From assembly GCA_963710755.1 (NCBI GenBank), contig CAVQBK010000013.1, positions 320,001 to 384,000 of the forward strand: 64,000 nucleotides of DNA. Reading direction: 5' to 3'. This document shows, piece by piece, positions 10,837 through 21,148 of this stretch; the stretch's first letter is position 1; each line of letters opens with the position of its first letter. This DNA comes from an uncultured bacterium (GTDB lineage Bacteria; Oederibacteriota; JAAXVQ01; JAUVAV01). Made by a program: the position numbers and the translations under genes. Below the pieces are notes generated by a model. The model was not told the DNA's origin and made no database searches. It saw only the letters and a list, made by a program, of their open reading frames with translations.

Positions 10837-12702
10837 TCAGACATTGACAGCCGGGGTGAGACGCTGCTTGTCCTGCTTGCGCAGTCGTTCCACTGTCAGA
10901 TAAATGCCAAAAATTGCGATCAAGAAAAATATCAAACCCGTCAGCCATTGGATAACGCTCAGGTGACCTCCAAAGTCAGGCAGCAGATTATAGAGAACAT
11001 TAAGATGCCAAACCGCGGCTAATTTGGCGCGTACTGCTTCACGGGCTAAGGGTGGCAAGATGGTGAAGAGTACGGCCACGGCCACACTCCATCCACCCAC
11101 GGCTTTAAGCAGTTTGGCCAGCCATTGATCTTGCTGAACATGAGTGATAATTTCCGCCAAACCAATAGCTGTCAGAGGCAACACTGATCCCAGAAGACGG
11201 TTAAAACTCGATCCCTGCCCCCGCGGATCCGGCATAATCAATCCAAAGATCATCAAAGCACTCACTAAAGCCAGTACCATAACCGCAGGGAGCCGTTTTC
11301 CCCTCTCCGTGGTAAGCACGATGGTACCGGCCAGTCCCAACAGCCATACTGGTCCGTACCACAACACGCCTGCTCCCCTGTCTGCCACCATGGCTATGAG
11401 ATTAGTCCAGAAGCCCGCCATCCAGGGCCAGTTGAAGTGATAGACCGGATGAAAAACAAAAATGCTGTAAACAGAAGTGAAAAATTTAACCGCAAAAAAA
11501 GCCGGGATAAACATGGTCACAGCGGTCACCACCAGTTCCCCCAGCCGTTTGGCGCGCCATAGGTTATAGGCCAACAGACCCAACAGGATCAGCGAAGGCA
11601 CGATAAAGCGCACCCCTCCCAGCCAGATCAACCCGCTGATAAAGCCCAAACCTGCAGCCGCTGCAGTACTTTCCGAGCGGTTGCTGTCCCGTACTTTCAG
11701 GGCCAGCCGCAACCCCCAGGTTAAAAAGAACACCGAGGCCGTGACCTCCATGATTTGATAGCCGTAAAGCAAGAGCGGAGCGGTGATCAAACTAAACAAC
11801 CAGGCCCAGAAAGCAGTTTTGGCCTCATACCCCAGGTCGCGGCACAACCCAAACAATTGCGCCGCCGCACCGGCCGCAAACATCATGACCAGCACAGAGG
11901 TCAACCAGCGGCCGCCAATCAAAAAGAAGGTTATAAAAAGCAACGGCATACCTGGTGCCACCGGCAAAAACAAACGCGACAAACCGTCATTATAACCATT
12001 GAACTCAATATTCTGACTGGGATAAAAACTGTAATAGTCGGCCCTGCCCAAAACACCATCCGTATGGAAAGCCGTATCAAAGGACAAACTCTGCGTCACC
12101 AGCAATTGCTCAATTTCTCCTTGATTGGGCAAGGCGGTGATCGCCGGCCAGGAGAGCAAGCCCACCAGTATTAAGCTGCCCACGACAAATAATTTAGTCG
12201 AGGTCAAAGATTTAACATTATGGTCATAGAGCGCCTTTAAAATCACCGCTGTTTTCAGGATAAAGGTGCTTAAGATCAACAGTCCGCCCAGCATCAGCGC
12301 CGTATACGCCTGAGATCCCAAGAGCCTGCTTTTGGGCCACCACGGCAGCCACAGATAAGAGATCAGTTTCATGGGAAATACTGCTGTCCCATGGGCTACC
12401 CAGGGCGTCAGCAGCGGTAACAAGGCCAGGCCAATCAAAGGCAGGCCGGCCAGAGTATCTTGCTTGGCCAGGGTTTCTGAATCCCATTGGCCGTAGCGTT
12501 TTCCTCCCAGGACCAGGGCATATTGCCAGAGACCCAATAACGCGCCCAGAAAGACCAGCTTAAGGAAAAAGTCCAACCAAGTCCCTTGGTTAAAAACCGT
12601 TCGATCAAACCAGTTCCACCAAAAAGACAGTCCCACAGCTTGTGCCAGCAGCAACACCGGGATATAGCCTTTATGAAAACGCTTCAGCATGCAGTTCACC
12701 AT
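10837..12702 (-). CDS. GT-C-like membrane protein, paralog of the neighbouring gene with a degenerate acidic motif
   Basis: Colinear with 9005-10803: NQGEIEQLLVTQSLSFD vs TGDEPHYLMISQSLWSD, YYSFYP vs YRQFYP, VADRGAGVLWYGP vs LVDRDFGLFSSAP. Confidence 0.65.
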   Translation of the reverse strand: MVNCMLKRFHKGYIPVLLLAQAVGLSFWWNWFDRTVFNQGTWLDFFLKLVFLGALLGLWQYALVLGGKRYGQWDSETLAKQDTLAGLPLIGLALLPLLTPWVAHGTAVFPMKLISYLWLPWWPKSRLLGSQAYTALMLGGLLILSTFILKTAVILKALYDHNVKSLTSTKLFVVGSLILVGLLSWPAITALPNQGEIEQLLVTQSLSFDTAFHTDGVLGRADYYSFYPSQNIEFNGYNDGLSRLFLPVAPGMPLLFITFFLIGGRWLTSVLVMMFAAGAAAQLFGLCRDLGYEAKTAFWAWLFSLITAPLLLYGYQIMEVTASVFFLTWGLRLALKVRDSNRSESTAAAAGLGFISGLIWLGGVRFIVPSLILLGLLAYNLWRAKRLGELVVTAVTMFIPAFFAVKFFTSVYSIFVFHPVYHFNWPWMAGFWTNLIAMVADRGAGVLWYGPVWLLGLAGTIVLTTERGKRLPAVMVLALVSALMIFGLIMPDPRGQGSSFNRLLGSVLPLTAIGLAEIITHVQQDQWLAKLLKAVGGWSVAVAVLFTILPPLAREAVRAKLAAVWHLNVLYNLLPDFGGHLSVIQWLTGLIFFLIAIFGIYLTVERLRKQDKQRLTPAVNV

Positions 12703-14840
12703 CCTCGCGGATTTAAATAATTATAGATCACCACTGACTGATTTCTGTAAATTTCCTTTAGCGGTACGCCTGCTGGATCATAGGGCAACGTTTGGTTGGA
12801 ATAAAGAATAACATATTTGATACCCTGCTGCTCAAGAAATTGGCGGGCCTCCACCACGTTGGCTTGAGTGTAAAAATCGCGAACCTGCTTAGCCCTTTCC
12901 ACCACAGGATAGCCCATGATGGCCCCTCGCCTTAAATCCTCCAAATAGGTGTTATGCCCTGTCAAAGCCGCCACGATAGCCGTATCAATCTGATCCAAGG
13001 TGGTGGCGGTTTCCTGCAATAATCCCTGGGCTGTGGCCGTGGTGCCCTGTTGATCAACCACAGCTTGCTGCGCATCCTGGTGAAGAGCCTGCAGCGACGT
13101 AAGCTGCCCTCTTTCCAAGCCATGCAACCACAAGTTAAAGCCTGCTTGGGAACGTATGTTTTCCGGCAGCGGTCTGAGGATCACGGCAGGTTTCTGCTGG
13201 ATTTTTTCCTTAAGCCAATCCATGGCCTGCACCACCTCCGGCGACACGGTGGTTTTCCAAGTGATGGCACGGAAGTCCTGAATGGTCCCGGGCAGACCGA
13301 GGGCAAAGAACAGACCGATGATCCACCAGCGCTGGCGGGGTGATCGTCCTTCCAGCCAGACCGACAATTGGACGGCACTGATGATAGTGAGTAGGACCAT
13401 AGGGTAATAAAAGAACTGGATCGTGTTCCAACGCAAGCCGGTTTGTACAAACCCCACGGCCGCCACCAACCCTCCCAAGCTGATCACCGTGGCCAACAGT
13501 AAAAAGGGGTCACTCTGTTTCAGCCGCACCAAGGTTCTAAACAGGGAGGGCAAGGCGATGACCCTCAAACCCAAGTTGCCCACAACAAACACCAGCAGCA
13601 ACAATATCCTCAGCAAAACCACCACCAGAGGATCGCTGAGGTAAAGGGCTTTAAGGCTTTGCGCACTCATCAGATTAAGCCGGTCAGGAGCCACCAACAT
13701 GGTGCCCAGGTTATAGCCCGGTAAAAAATGAATCAGATGAGCTGAGGACTTCAGCCCGGGCAACAGGATCAACGCTTGCAGCGGCAGCACGGCCAGACCG
13801 GCGTTTAAAAGCAGCATGCGTCGCCGCACCACCAAATCGATGGTGCCTGCGGTTAGAAGTCCGGCGGCAATCAGCAGGCCCGGATAAACTTTAAAGCCCG
13901 GCAGACAGCCCCATAACAAACCCAAGGTCACCAGATAACCAACTTTTTTATTCTCCATCCATTTGAGAAAGCTCCAAAGCCCGGCCAGAAAAAAAAGATA
14001 GGAACTGGAAGTGGCCGGATTGATCAGATGGGTTAAGGGCGGCTGGACCCAAAACAAATTTTCCCACAGGAAGTAATGCTTATCCGGGAACAAGATCGGC
14101 AGGATATAGCCAAAATTGGACAACACCACCATCATGGCCGCCGCCAAATAGGCTGCGGTTTTGTCTTTCTTCCAGGTCAAGGTCACCAAAAAGGTCAGCC
14201 CGGCCAGCAAGACCGAATAAAAGAAGGGGGCAATTCGAAAATAAAGATGCCAGGGATTGAGCGGTCCTAAATGGGCCAGGCCTCCCAGCAGAAGATCGGC
14301 AAAAACGTGGTAATTTTTCAAAGGCAGACGGGCAAACCCCGGCATGTCCAAGCCGTGATTTTTAGCAAATTGAATTATATTATAAATATGCCAGGGTGCG
14401 TCCACCCCATGCCAGGCCAAAAACGACATTCCTTGCTGACTCGGCCAGCCTGATCCATAGATAAACCACCCTTGCAGCGAGGCGGCCGCCAAAGCCACCA
14501 CGCCCAGTAGCCAATAGCGTTGCAATGGTTCCACCGGTTCAGTGGTGGGATCAGGTGCCTGGCAGGCTTTTTTTTGGCAGGCCTTGGCGTGCAACCATAA
14601 TTCCAAGGCCGCCATCGTCAGCAGCAATGGCCAAAGCCACCAGCCATGGGCAGCGCCAAAATACTGGCGATAGATAAGGGTAAACAAGGCCGTGCCCGAT
14701 ACCAAAGCGATCAACAGATGCTCCAGCGGGCTCACTTGGAGTTTGGTTAAGCGAAGCCACAAGCGGCCTGGTAAATACAGCGCCACTGCCCCGATTACCA
14801 CACTCAACAGGACTGTCAGTAAAAAAACTGCCATGGTCAA
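12696..14840 (-). CDS. Polytopic membrane protein, GT-C fold-like with periplasmic C-terminal domain
   Basis: Many TM segments, HGVDAPWH and NYHVFADLL loop motifs, FKVY, and a C-terminal FLEQQGIKYV...IYRNQSVVIY tail seen in such proteins. Confidence 0.6.
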   Translation of the reverse strand: MTMAVFLLTVLLSVVIGAVALYLPGRLWLRLTKLQVSPLEHLLIALVSGTALFTLIYRQYFGAAHGWWLWPLLLTMAALELWLHAKACQKKACQAPDPTTEPVEPLQRYWLLGVVALAAASLQGWFIYGSGWPSQQGMSFLAWHGVDAPWHIYNIIQFAKNHGLDMPGFARLPLKNYHVFADLLLGGLAHLGPLNPWHLYFRIAPFFYSVLLAGLTFLVTLTWKKDKTAAYLAAAMMVVLSNFGYILPILFPDKHYFLWENLFWVQPPLTHLINPATSSSYLFFLAGLWSFLKWMENKKVGYLVTLGLLWGCLPGFKVYPGLLIAAGLLTAGTIDLVVRRRMLLLNAGLAVLPLQALILLPGLKSSAHLIHFLPGYNLGTMLVAPDRLNLMSAQSLKALYLSDPLVVVLLRILLLLVFVVGNLGLRVIALPSLFRTLVRLKQSDPFLLLATVISLGGLVAAVGFVQTGLRWNTIQFFYYPMVLLTIISAVQLSVWLEGRSPRQRWWIIGLFFALGLPGTIQDFRAITWKTTVSPEVVQAMDWLKEKIQQKPAVILRPLPENIRSQAGFNLWLHGLERGQLTSLQALHQDAQQAVVDQQGTTATAQGLLQETATTLDQIDTAIVAALTGHNTYLEDLRRGAIMGYPVVERAKQVRDFYTQANVVEARQFLEQQGIKYVILYSNQTLPYDPAGVPLKEIYRNQSVVIYNYLNPRGW

Positions 14841-14911
14841 CCGCCACGTCTCCTTTCCAGAAATTGCCCCCTAGTGCTTAGGCACGGTCAGTGGGACCAA
14901 ACTATTGACCC

Positions 14912-15874
14912 TCAGTGCCTGCGTCTTTGCGCCGCTTTTGAAGACTGGGCTGTTTCCCGAAACCAGGCAATGGTTTTAATCAGACCTTGCCGTAAAGGAA
15001 TCTGGGGTGTCCACTTCAGTTTGTTTTTGGCTTTTTGGATATTGGGTTTGCGCCGTTTAGGATCATCAGAGGGAAGCGGTTTAAACACACGGCGCACTTT
15101 CGTGCCCAACACCTCTTCAATCAAATCAGCGGCTTCCAACATGGTAAATTCATGGGGATTGCCCAGGTTAAACACTTCCCCTTTGGTTTTAGGGGTGAAG
15201 GCAGCTTTGATAATGCCTTCCACCAAGTCCTCCACATAACAAAAGCTGCGGGTTTGCCGACCGTCACCAAATATGGTCAAGGGCCGATGGTTCAGTGCCT
15301 GGTTGATGAAATTAGAGATCACGCGGCCATCGTCTTTTTGCAGTCTTGGCCCGTAGGTGTTGAAGATGCGAATAATACGGGCGTTCACCCCGTGTTTGCG
15401 GATGTATTCCATCGTCAGAGCTTCCGAGAACCGCTTGGCTTCGTCGTAGCAGGACCGCAAACCGATGGGGTTGACATTGCCCCAATCGGTCTCCACCTGG
15501 GGATGATGCAGAGGATCACCGTACACCTCGGAGGTGCTGGCCAGCAAATAATGGGCTTTATATTTTTTAGCAGCTTCCAAGAGCAAATGACTGCCGTAAG
15601 CATTGGTCATCAGGGTATCGATAGACCAGGTCTGATAATAGGGTGGCGAAGCGTAGGAGGCCAGGTTAAAGATGTAGTCCACTTTGCGTGACCACGGCTG
15701 CCGGACATCTCCTTTGATAAAGGTAAACCGGTTTGATCGTTTGGCCGCTTTAAGGTTTTTGAGGGAGCCGGTTTTCAAGTTATCCAGCACCATGACGTCA
15801 TGGCCCATGGCCAGCAACCGTTCACTTAAATGAGATCCAATAAACCCGGCACCACCGGCCACTAATATTTTCAT
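14912..15874 (-). CDS. UDP-glucuronate decarboxylase / UDP-xylose synthase (extended SDR)
   Basis: GGAGFIGSHL, ASPPYY, ASTSEVYGDP, WGNVNPIGLRSCYDEAKR, RIFNTYGPR, DDGRVISNFI, DDPKRRKP. Confidence 0.9.
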   Translation of the reverse strand: MKILVAGGAGFIGSHLSERLLAMGHDVMVLDNLKTGSLKNLKAAKRSNRFTFIKGDVRQPWSRKVDYIFNLASYASPPYYQTWSIDTLMTNAYGSHLLLEAAKKYKAHYLLASTSEVYGDPLHHPQVETDWGNVNPIGLRSCYDEAKRFSEALTMEYIRKHGVNARIIRIFNTYGPRLQKDDGRVISNFINQALNHRPLTIFGDGRQTRSFCYVEDLVEGIIKAAFTPKTKGEVFNLGNPHEFTMLEAADLIEEVLGTKVRRVFKPLPSDDPKRRKPNIQKAKNKLKWTPQIPLRQGLIKTIAWFRETAQSSKAAQRRRH

Positions 15875-16208
15875 ACCTGCTGTCTCCTCATTAAAAATAT
15901 ATTTTCAAAAAAGCAACCCGGTTAAGCCGGAAATCAAACATCGCCATGATATCAGCGGCTTGAAATCGATGGCTGGCGCCGTTATTCTCAAAATTGGTTA
16001 CATTTTTCTTTACGGTTTTACCTAGCCGGCTTATGGATGTTTATTAAATCCATTGGTCACGCGAAGGACGCTGGCCGCCAAACCTCTTGCCTGGAACAAG
16101 CGACCAAGTCAATTAAACGGTGCCATTGTACATCAGTTGCGATGATTCACAAATTATTTTCCTGATTTTGCTTTCAGGGCCGATTCAGTTTAACACCCGG
16201 TTTTTTTT

Positions 16209-19200
16209 TTAACGCTTGGCTCCCATGGAAAGCCTTTCCAGCCCATCCCTGGCCATGCTGTTTTGTGGCTCCAAGACCAATGCTGCTTGGTATTCTTTCT
16301 TGGCCTCCTGGAAACGTCCCTGGCGTTCCAACAAGGCGGCCAGATTGTAATACACCACAGCCCAGTCCATGGAAAAAAATTCCAATGCCAGCTTACCTTG
16401 CAGCTTGTCCCTATACCGCAGGGCCCCCAATGCTTGCCGGTAGGCCTGCTCGGCCTGCTGGTCTTGGTGGAGCAGTTCGCAGGCTACACCCAGATTGCTG
16501 GCCGCTGCGGCGTAATAGGGCTGAAGGGCCAGGGCCTTTAGCCAAGCGGCTTTAGCTTGCTGCAGGTGCCCGGCATCGCGCCATAAATTACCCCATTCAA
16601 AAAAGAGGACCGCATTATGCGGATCAAGCCCAGCCGCCCGGCTATAGGCAGCCAGGCCGGCCTCGAACCATTGCTCCTCCCCATCCTGCCCGCCGCGCTG
16701 CCAATAAAGCCGCCCCAGGTGCCGGTAAGTGGCCGCCCGGCCGGGATTAAAAGCCAGAGCTTTGGAAAAAGCCCATTGGGCGGGATAAAATAGTTTTTCA
16801 TCCCGCCTAATGGCATAAAGATCATGACGCACCAAGCCCAACTTATCATAAGCCAGGGCAGACAGTGGGGTAAGACTGAGGGCTTGTTCCAGATAAAACC
16901 CGGCGGTCTTCAAATGTTTTTTATAATAATGAGCGTCCCCCAAGTGGGTGAAATAAGCCCCCAAGGCCGGACGTACGGCCGCCCCAATAGTCATAGCCAG
17001 TATCAGCACCCCCAGCAATCCTGCGGCTGAAGGTTTTATAGCCACGGCCGGAAAAACAGTCTCTTCCCTTTGGGTCCACACCATACCAGCCAGCATCATA
17101 TAAATAAAGAATAATAAGGGCAGATGCCAGTTGAAATCCATTTGTGCCTGAATCAGCGCGCCGCCCAACACCGCCCAGACCAGCATCAGCTGCAACTGTT
17201 CGCCATCACTTTTGTCTTGCTGCCATTGATTAAAAAAACGCCGGACAAACATGACTAAAAGAAACATAATAATAATCAACCCCGGCAGACCCAACACCGC
17301 TGCAACTTGCAGCAGCTCTTGATGGCTGAAATTAGCCTGCCGGCCGTATCGGACCTGTCCCTGCGGATTAGGAAAACTATAGCGGTCAAAGGTCTGGTTG
17401 AACTGGGCCGGACCGATCCCCAGCCAGGGATGGGCTTTAATCATCTTCCCTGTCGCCTGCATGAGACCCAACCGTTCTTGCAGTTGTACTCGGTAATGAG
17501 GCAGGCCCAGTATTCTTTTGCCTGTCCCCAAAGGGATCACCAACATTAAGGCCATGGCCACCAGCAGCGCGGCTACGATCGTCTTGTTATGGATCACCTT
17601 TTGTTTGGCCGCCCATGCTCCGATCACGATCATGCCCGTTAAAAAATTGAGCCAGCCGGCCATGGAACCCGTTGCGATTAGGCCGCTAAAAAGTATTAGG
17701 GTAGAGAGCCAGCTTTTTGCAAAGCGCCAGGTCTTCTTGGAGGCCGTTAAGGCCAGAGACAGATTAATGATCAAGCCGGCAGCCAGGAATGCCGCCGTCA
17801 AATTGGGATTGGGCCATCCCCCGTCAGCCCGCAATAGGGGATGGATCAAGAGCTGAATTATACAGAAGGCTGCCAGGACTACCGGCGCCAAGGTTAAAAA
17901 ACGCATCACCAGGACGCCCAACACCTTGAACTGGATGGTCAATCCCATGGTCAGCAGCCCGCCCAGCACTACCCACAAGGTTGTGGCCGCCTGCCACTTA
18001 TCCTGGGCATGAGCAACGGAAAATAAGGTCCACAGCAGCAGCAGGCCCCAGCCTGTTTTGAGAGGCATCTTGTGCCATAGCTGAAGCGCGACTTCCCGAT
18101 GCTGCCGGTAAAGGCCTAACAACAGGGCCGCTAGCCCAAGACTGAGCATGATGACCCCTGCTTCCACCCACAGGCTTTTACCGCCTTTCCAAAGCAATAA
18201 GCTCAGCATGGTCATCATCATCACGCCTATCAGTAACCGCGGAGGTAAGGTGAATTTTAAACCTGCTTCAAATCCATCCGGCTGTCTGGCCAGTTGTTCT
18301 GCTTGACTTAGAAGGACACCTCCAAAAAACCATAGCATCAAACTAGTTTTTAAATAGTCCGCATCCAGATCAATGCTGGCATGCACCAATCCGGCCGCCA
18401 GACCGGCGCCCACAGCAGCCACCACGATAGCAGCCGGTCCTTCACTCAATTTTAATCTTAGGTTTACCAAATAAGTGCCTGCAGCCCCCAAAATCCAGAG
18501 GATGGCCCCCAAGCCCAGCACGCCTTTTTCCGCCAACTGTTGCAGAAGAAATTGATGGGCAAACCTCAGTGGTTGCACCTTATCACCGGCTGCTTGGGCA
18601 AAGGCTTGGCTAAAATTGCCCGGCCCCACGCCGAGCAGCCAATGACCCTTAACCATGGCCAAGGTCATGCGCCAGTATGCCACTCTGCCCTGCCAGGAAG
18701 TGATAAGATCATGGAAAGGCCGCTGCCCTAGCAGCCAAATCAGTCCTGCTAAACCCACCGCCGTCATCAGCAGCGCCAAGAAGAACTTTAACCGCCGCTT
18801 GAGTGGCAGCCAAACCAACAACAACCCCACCCCCAGAAATGCCGCCGCCCAGGCGCCAAAAGAACCACTGGCCAGCAGCCCCAGCACTATGAAGACCAAG
18901 GTCAACATCCAGGGCCATTTTTTATTAACCAGGCCGGGATAAAACAAGGCCAGGTTGAGCGGCAGCAGCACTGCCAGAAATCCGCCGAATAAATTGGGGT
19001 AGGCAAACAACGAAAAAGCCCGGCGCGTCAACGCCAGGCTTTTTATCATCTCCGTCATGGGCTGCTGGTTAAAAGGCGGATGGTTTAAATCCTGGGCTGT
19101 CCACGGCAAGCCCACCAGACTCTGGAAAAGACCATAAGCCGCCAAAAGTCCTGCTGCAATGATTAATAGTTTTAGACCGGTTAGCACAATCCGCGAATCG

Positions 19201-19550
19201 CGGGCCCATTGATAGGCCAGTATCAGCAGCACCATCAGTCCCGTTTCTTTACTGATCCAGTTGACGCCTGCGGCAGTGTTGGCAGCTGCTGCCGTGGCCA
19301 ACAGGCCGGCCGTTACAAAGGCCAAGAAGGGCCAAAAAAGTGGAAAAGCCGGCTGCACTATTTCACCGCCGGACTTACTTAAAAGAGCCCACAGGCCCAG
19401 CGCCCAGATAAAAAAAAGAAAGACCGCCTGCAGCAGGCCTTCAAAAGAAGGGGATAAAAAAAGCAAGAGGCTTAGCAGGAACGCCAGCAGAACAAAGCGA
19501 TACGGCATAAGCGTGTCCTGTAAAAACTGTTCAAGCCTTTGACCGGTCAT
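16209..19550 (-). CDS. O-antigen ligase / O-oligosaccharyltransferase-like protein with two Wzy_C-type modules and C-terminal TPRs
   Basis: Two copies of the motif set R..(S/G).(F/W).(Y/N)PN, LG(V/I)GP..F and (A/S)HQ.LLQ, then TPR repeats (e.g. YYNLAALLERQGRFQEAKKEYQAALVLEP). ATG at 19550 lies just after the aroQ stop. Confidence 0.8.
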   Translation of the reverse strand: MTGQRLEQFLQDTLMPYRFVLLAFLLSLLLFLSPSFEGLLQAVFLFFIWALGLWALLSKSGGEIVQPAFPLFWPFLAFVTAGLLATAAAANTAAGVNWISKETGLMVLLILAYQWARDSRIVLTGLKLLIIAAGLLAAYGLFQSLVGLPWTAQDLNHPPFNQQPMTEMIKSLALTRRAFSLFAYPNLFGGFLAVLLPLNLALFYPGLVNKKWPWMLTLVFIVLGLLASGSFGAWAAAFLGVGLLLVWLPLKRRLKFFLALLMTAVGLAGLIWLLGQRPFHDLITSWQGRVAYWRMTLAMVKGHWLLGVGPGNFSQAFAQAAGDKVQPLRFAHQFLLQQLAEKGVLGLGAILWILGAAGTYLVNLRLKLSEGPAAIVVAAVGAGLAAGLVHASIDLDADYLKTSLMLWFFGGVLLSQAEQLARQPDGFEAGLKFTLPPRLLIGVMMMTMLSLLLWKGGKSLWVEAGVIMLSLGLAALLLGLYRQHREVALQLWHKMPLKTGWGLLLLWTLFSVAHAQDKWQAATTLWVVLGGLLTMGLTIQFKVLGVLVMRFLTLAPVVLAAFCIIQLLIHPLLRADGGWPNPNLTAAFLAAGLIINLSLALTASKKTWRFAKSWLSTLILFSGLIATGSMAGWLNFLTGMIVIGAWAAKQKVIHNKTIVAALLVAMALMLVIPLGTGKRILGLPHYRVQLQERLGLMQATGKMIKAHPWLGIGPAQFNQTFDRYSFPNPQGQVRYGRQANFSHQELLQVAAVLGLPGLIIIMFLLVMFVRRFFNQWQQDKSDGEQLQLMLVWAVLGGALIQAQMDFNWHLPLLFFIYMMLAGMVWTQREETVFPAVAIKPSAAGLLGVLILAMTIGAAVRPALGAYFTHLGDAHYYKKHLKTAGFYLEQALSLTPLSALAYDKLGLVRHDLYAIRRDEKLFYPAQWAFSKALAFNPGRAATYRHLGRLYWQRGGQDGEEQWFEAGLAAYSRAAGLDPHNAVLFFEWGNLWRDAGHLQQAKAAWLKALALQPYYAAAASNLGVACELLHQDQQAEQAYRQALGALRYRDKLQGKLALEFFSMDWAVVYYNLAALLERQGRFQEAKKEYQAALVLEPQNSMARDGLERLSMGAKR

Positions 19551-19554
19551 GAAT

Positions 19555-19992
19555 TTACTTGGCAAGGAGTGTTTGGGCGGCTCGCAGGGCCAAAGTGTAG
19601 GAGGCAAGTCCGAATCCCATGATTCGGCCAACTACTGCGCCGGCAATGGTGGAATGATGCCGGAAAGCCTCGCGGCTGTAGACATTGGAAAGATGAACTT
19701 CAATGGTGGGCAACCCCACGGCTTTAATAGCGTCAAGAATAGCCACTGAGGTATGGGTGTAGGCCGCGGGATTAATGATCAGCACATCAGCCCAGGGCCG
19801 GGCTTGTTGAATGGCATCCACCATGGCGCCTTCATGGTTGGTCTGCATGATTTTAACTTCCAAGTGGAGCTCCGCAGCCAGGGTATTGATGGCTTGGTCA
19901 ATCTCCTGCAGGCTGAGCTGACCGTAAATAGCCGGTTCCCGTTGGCCCAAGAGATTTAAGTTTGGCCCATGAATGATAAGAATATTACCCAA
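19555..19992 (-). CDS. aroQ: Type II 3-dehydroquinate dehydratase
   Basis: HGPNLNLLGQREP, INPAAYTHTS, EVHLSNVYSREAFRHHS. Confidence 0.95.
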   Translation of the reverse strand: MGNILIIHGPNLNLLGQREPAIYGQLSLQEIDQAINTLAAELHLEVKIMQTNHEGAMVDAIQQARPWADVLIINPAAYTHTSVAILDAIKAVGLPTIEVHLSNVYSREAFRHHSTIAGAVVGRIMGFGLASYTLALRAAQTLLAK

Positions 19993-20059
19993 GTGTCGCC
20001 TCCGCTGAACAGGCAGGAAAGAATGAATGAATTCTCAGACCGGCAATGTCGTCAAAGCC

Positions 20060-21148
20060 TCACCATAAATATTTCATGGGGTTAACGACCCGGCCTTTCT
20101 TGTAGATAGTAAAATGCAAATGCGGACCGGTCACCCGGCCGGTGGCGCCAGAGCGGCCGATAAGCTGACCTTTCCGGACATGCTGGCCTCGTTTCACATA
20201 GATTTTATTAAGATGGCCATAAACCGATTGGTAGCCATTTTGATGATCAATTTTTATGTACTTGCCGACTGCACCGCCCCAACCGGCATAGATTACCACC
20301 CCGGAAGCAGACGCGCCCACCCAGGTATTAAGGGGACAGGCAATGTCAACACCGTTATGAAATTTGGAAAAACCGGTGACCGGATGAATCCGTTTGCCCA
20401 CAAAAGAAGTATAGCGACCTGCCAGGGGCGAACGAAAGAGTGCCCGCTGGCTGTATTGATCATGCATTTCTTCAGTAAGCTGTCGCGGTTTGGCGCCGGG
20501 CACAAACAGCCACATGCCGGGAATAATACCCCAGCGGGGATTAATAACATTGGCTTTTAAAATCACATCAGAGGTCACCCCATAATCAAGGGCAATGGTA
20601 TTAACTGTTTCATGTTCTTCGACCTGATGTAAGGAACCCCCCTGGGAAGGTAAAATGATTTTTTGATTAACATAACAAATGATTTTTTCCAGATGGGGAT
20701 TGGTACCTACAATGGAATCAATGGTGAACCCATGGGATTTGGCCATCTTCCAGAAATTGTCCCCTCTTTTAACCGTATAAATTTGGTATTGAACTTCATC
20801 ATGATTGACAAAACGGAAATATTCCTGAGCCAACTCCTGAATAGGCAGGGACTCGGAGGCATCGGCGGTGGGAACAGTGGCTTCCAGGCGATCCAGGAAA
20901 TGCATCAGATCAGGAATCAGGTTAAAGCCGTTCCCTGAGAAAGCCTGCAATCGTTCAGGCGCAAAGTAAGTGGAGTTAACATTTATCGCTTGCGCAGGTG
21001 CCGGCGGCTTCACCAAAACAGCGGGTAATCCCGGGGATTGGGCGACCACCAACACCACGGCGCCGATGGCAAATCCCACTGCCAAAACCAACCCTAAAAT
21101 ATGTTTGAACGACCATTGCCGGGGAGTAAGAAGAGTAGTAATTCGCAT
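20060..21148 (-). CDS. LysM + M23 family peptidoglycan metallopeptidase
   Basis: N-terminal TM, two LysM domains (YTVKRGDN, HQVEEHET), M23 motifs HNGVD and GPHLHF. Confidence 0.9.
   Translation of the reverse strand: MRITTLLTPRQWSFKHILGLVLAVGFAIGAVVLVVAQSPGLPAVLVKPPAPAQAINVNSTYFAPERLQAFSGNGFNLIPDLMHFLDRLEATVPTADASESLPIQELAQEYFRFVNHDEVQYQIYTVKRGDNFWKMAKSHGFTIDSIVGTNPHLEKIICYVNQKIILPSQGGSLHQVEEHETVNTIALDYGVTSDVILKANVINPRWGIIPGMWLFVPGAKPRQLTEEMHDQYSQRALFRSPLAGRYTSFVGKRIHPVTGFSKFHNGVDIACPLNTWVGASASGVVIYAGWGGAVGKYIKIDHQNGYQSVYGHLNKIYVKRGQHVRKGQLIGRSGATGRVTGPHLHFTIYKKGRVVNPMKYLW

Noticed and set aside
16201-16210. T10 homopolymer as a phase-variation tract or terminator
   Set aside because: It lies at and after the stop codon of the ligase gene, so length changes would not alter the protein, and there is no adjacent hairpin.
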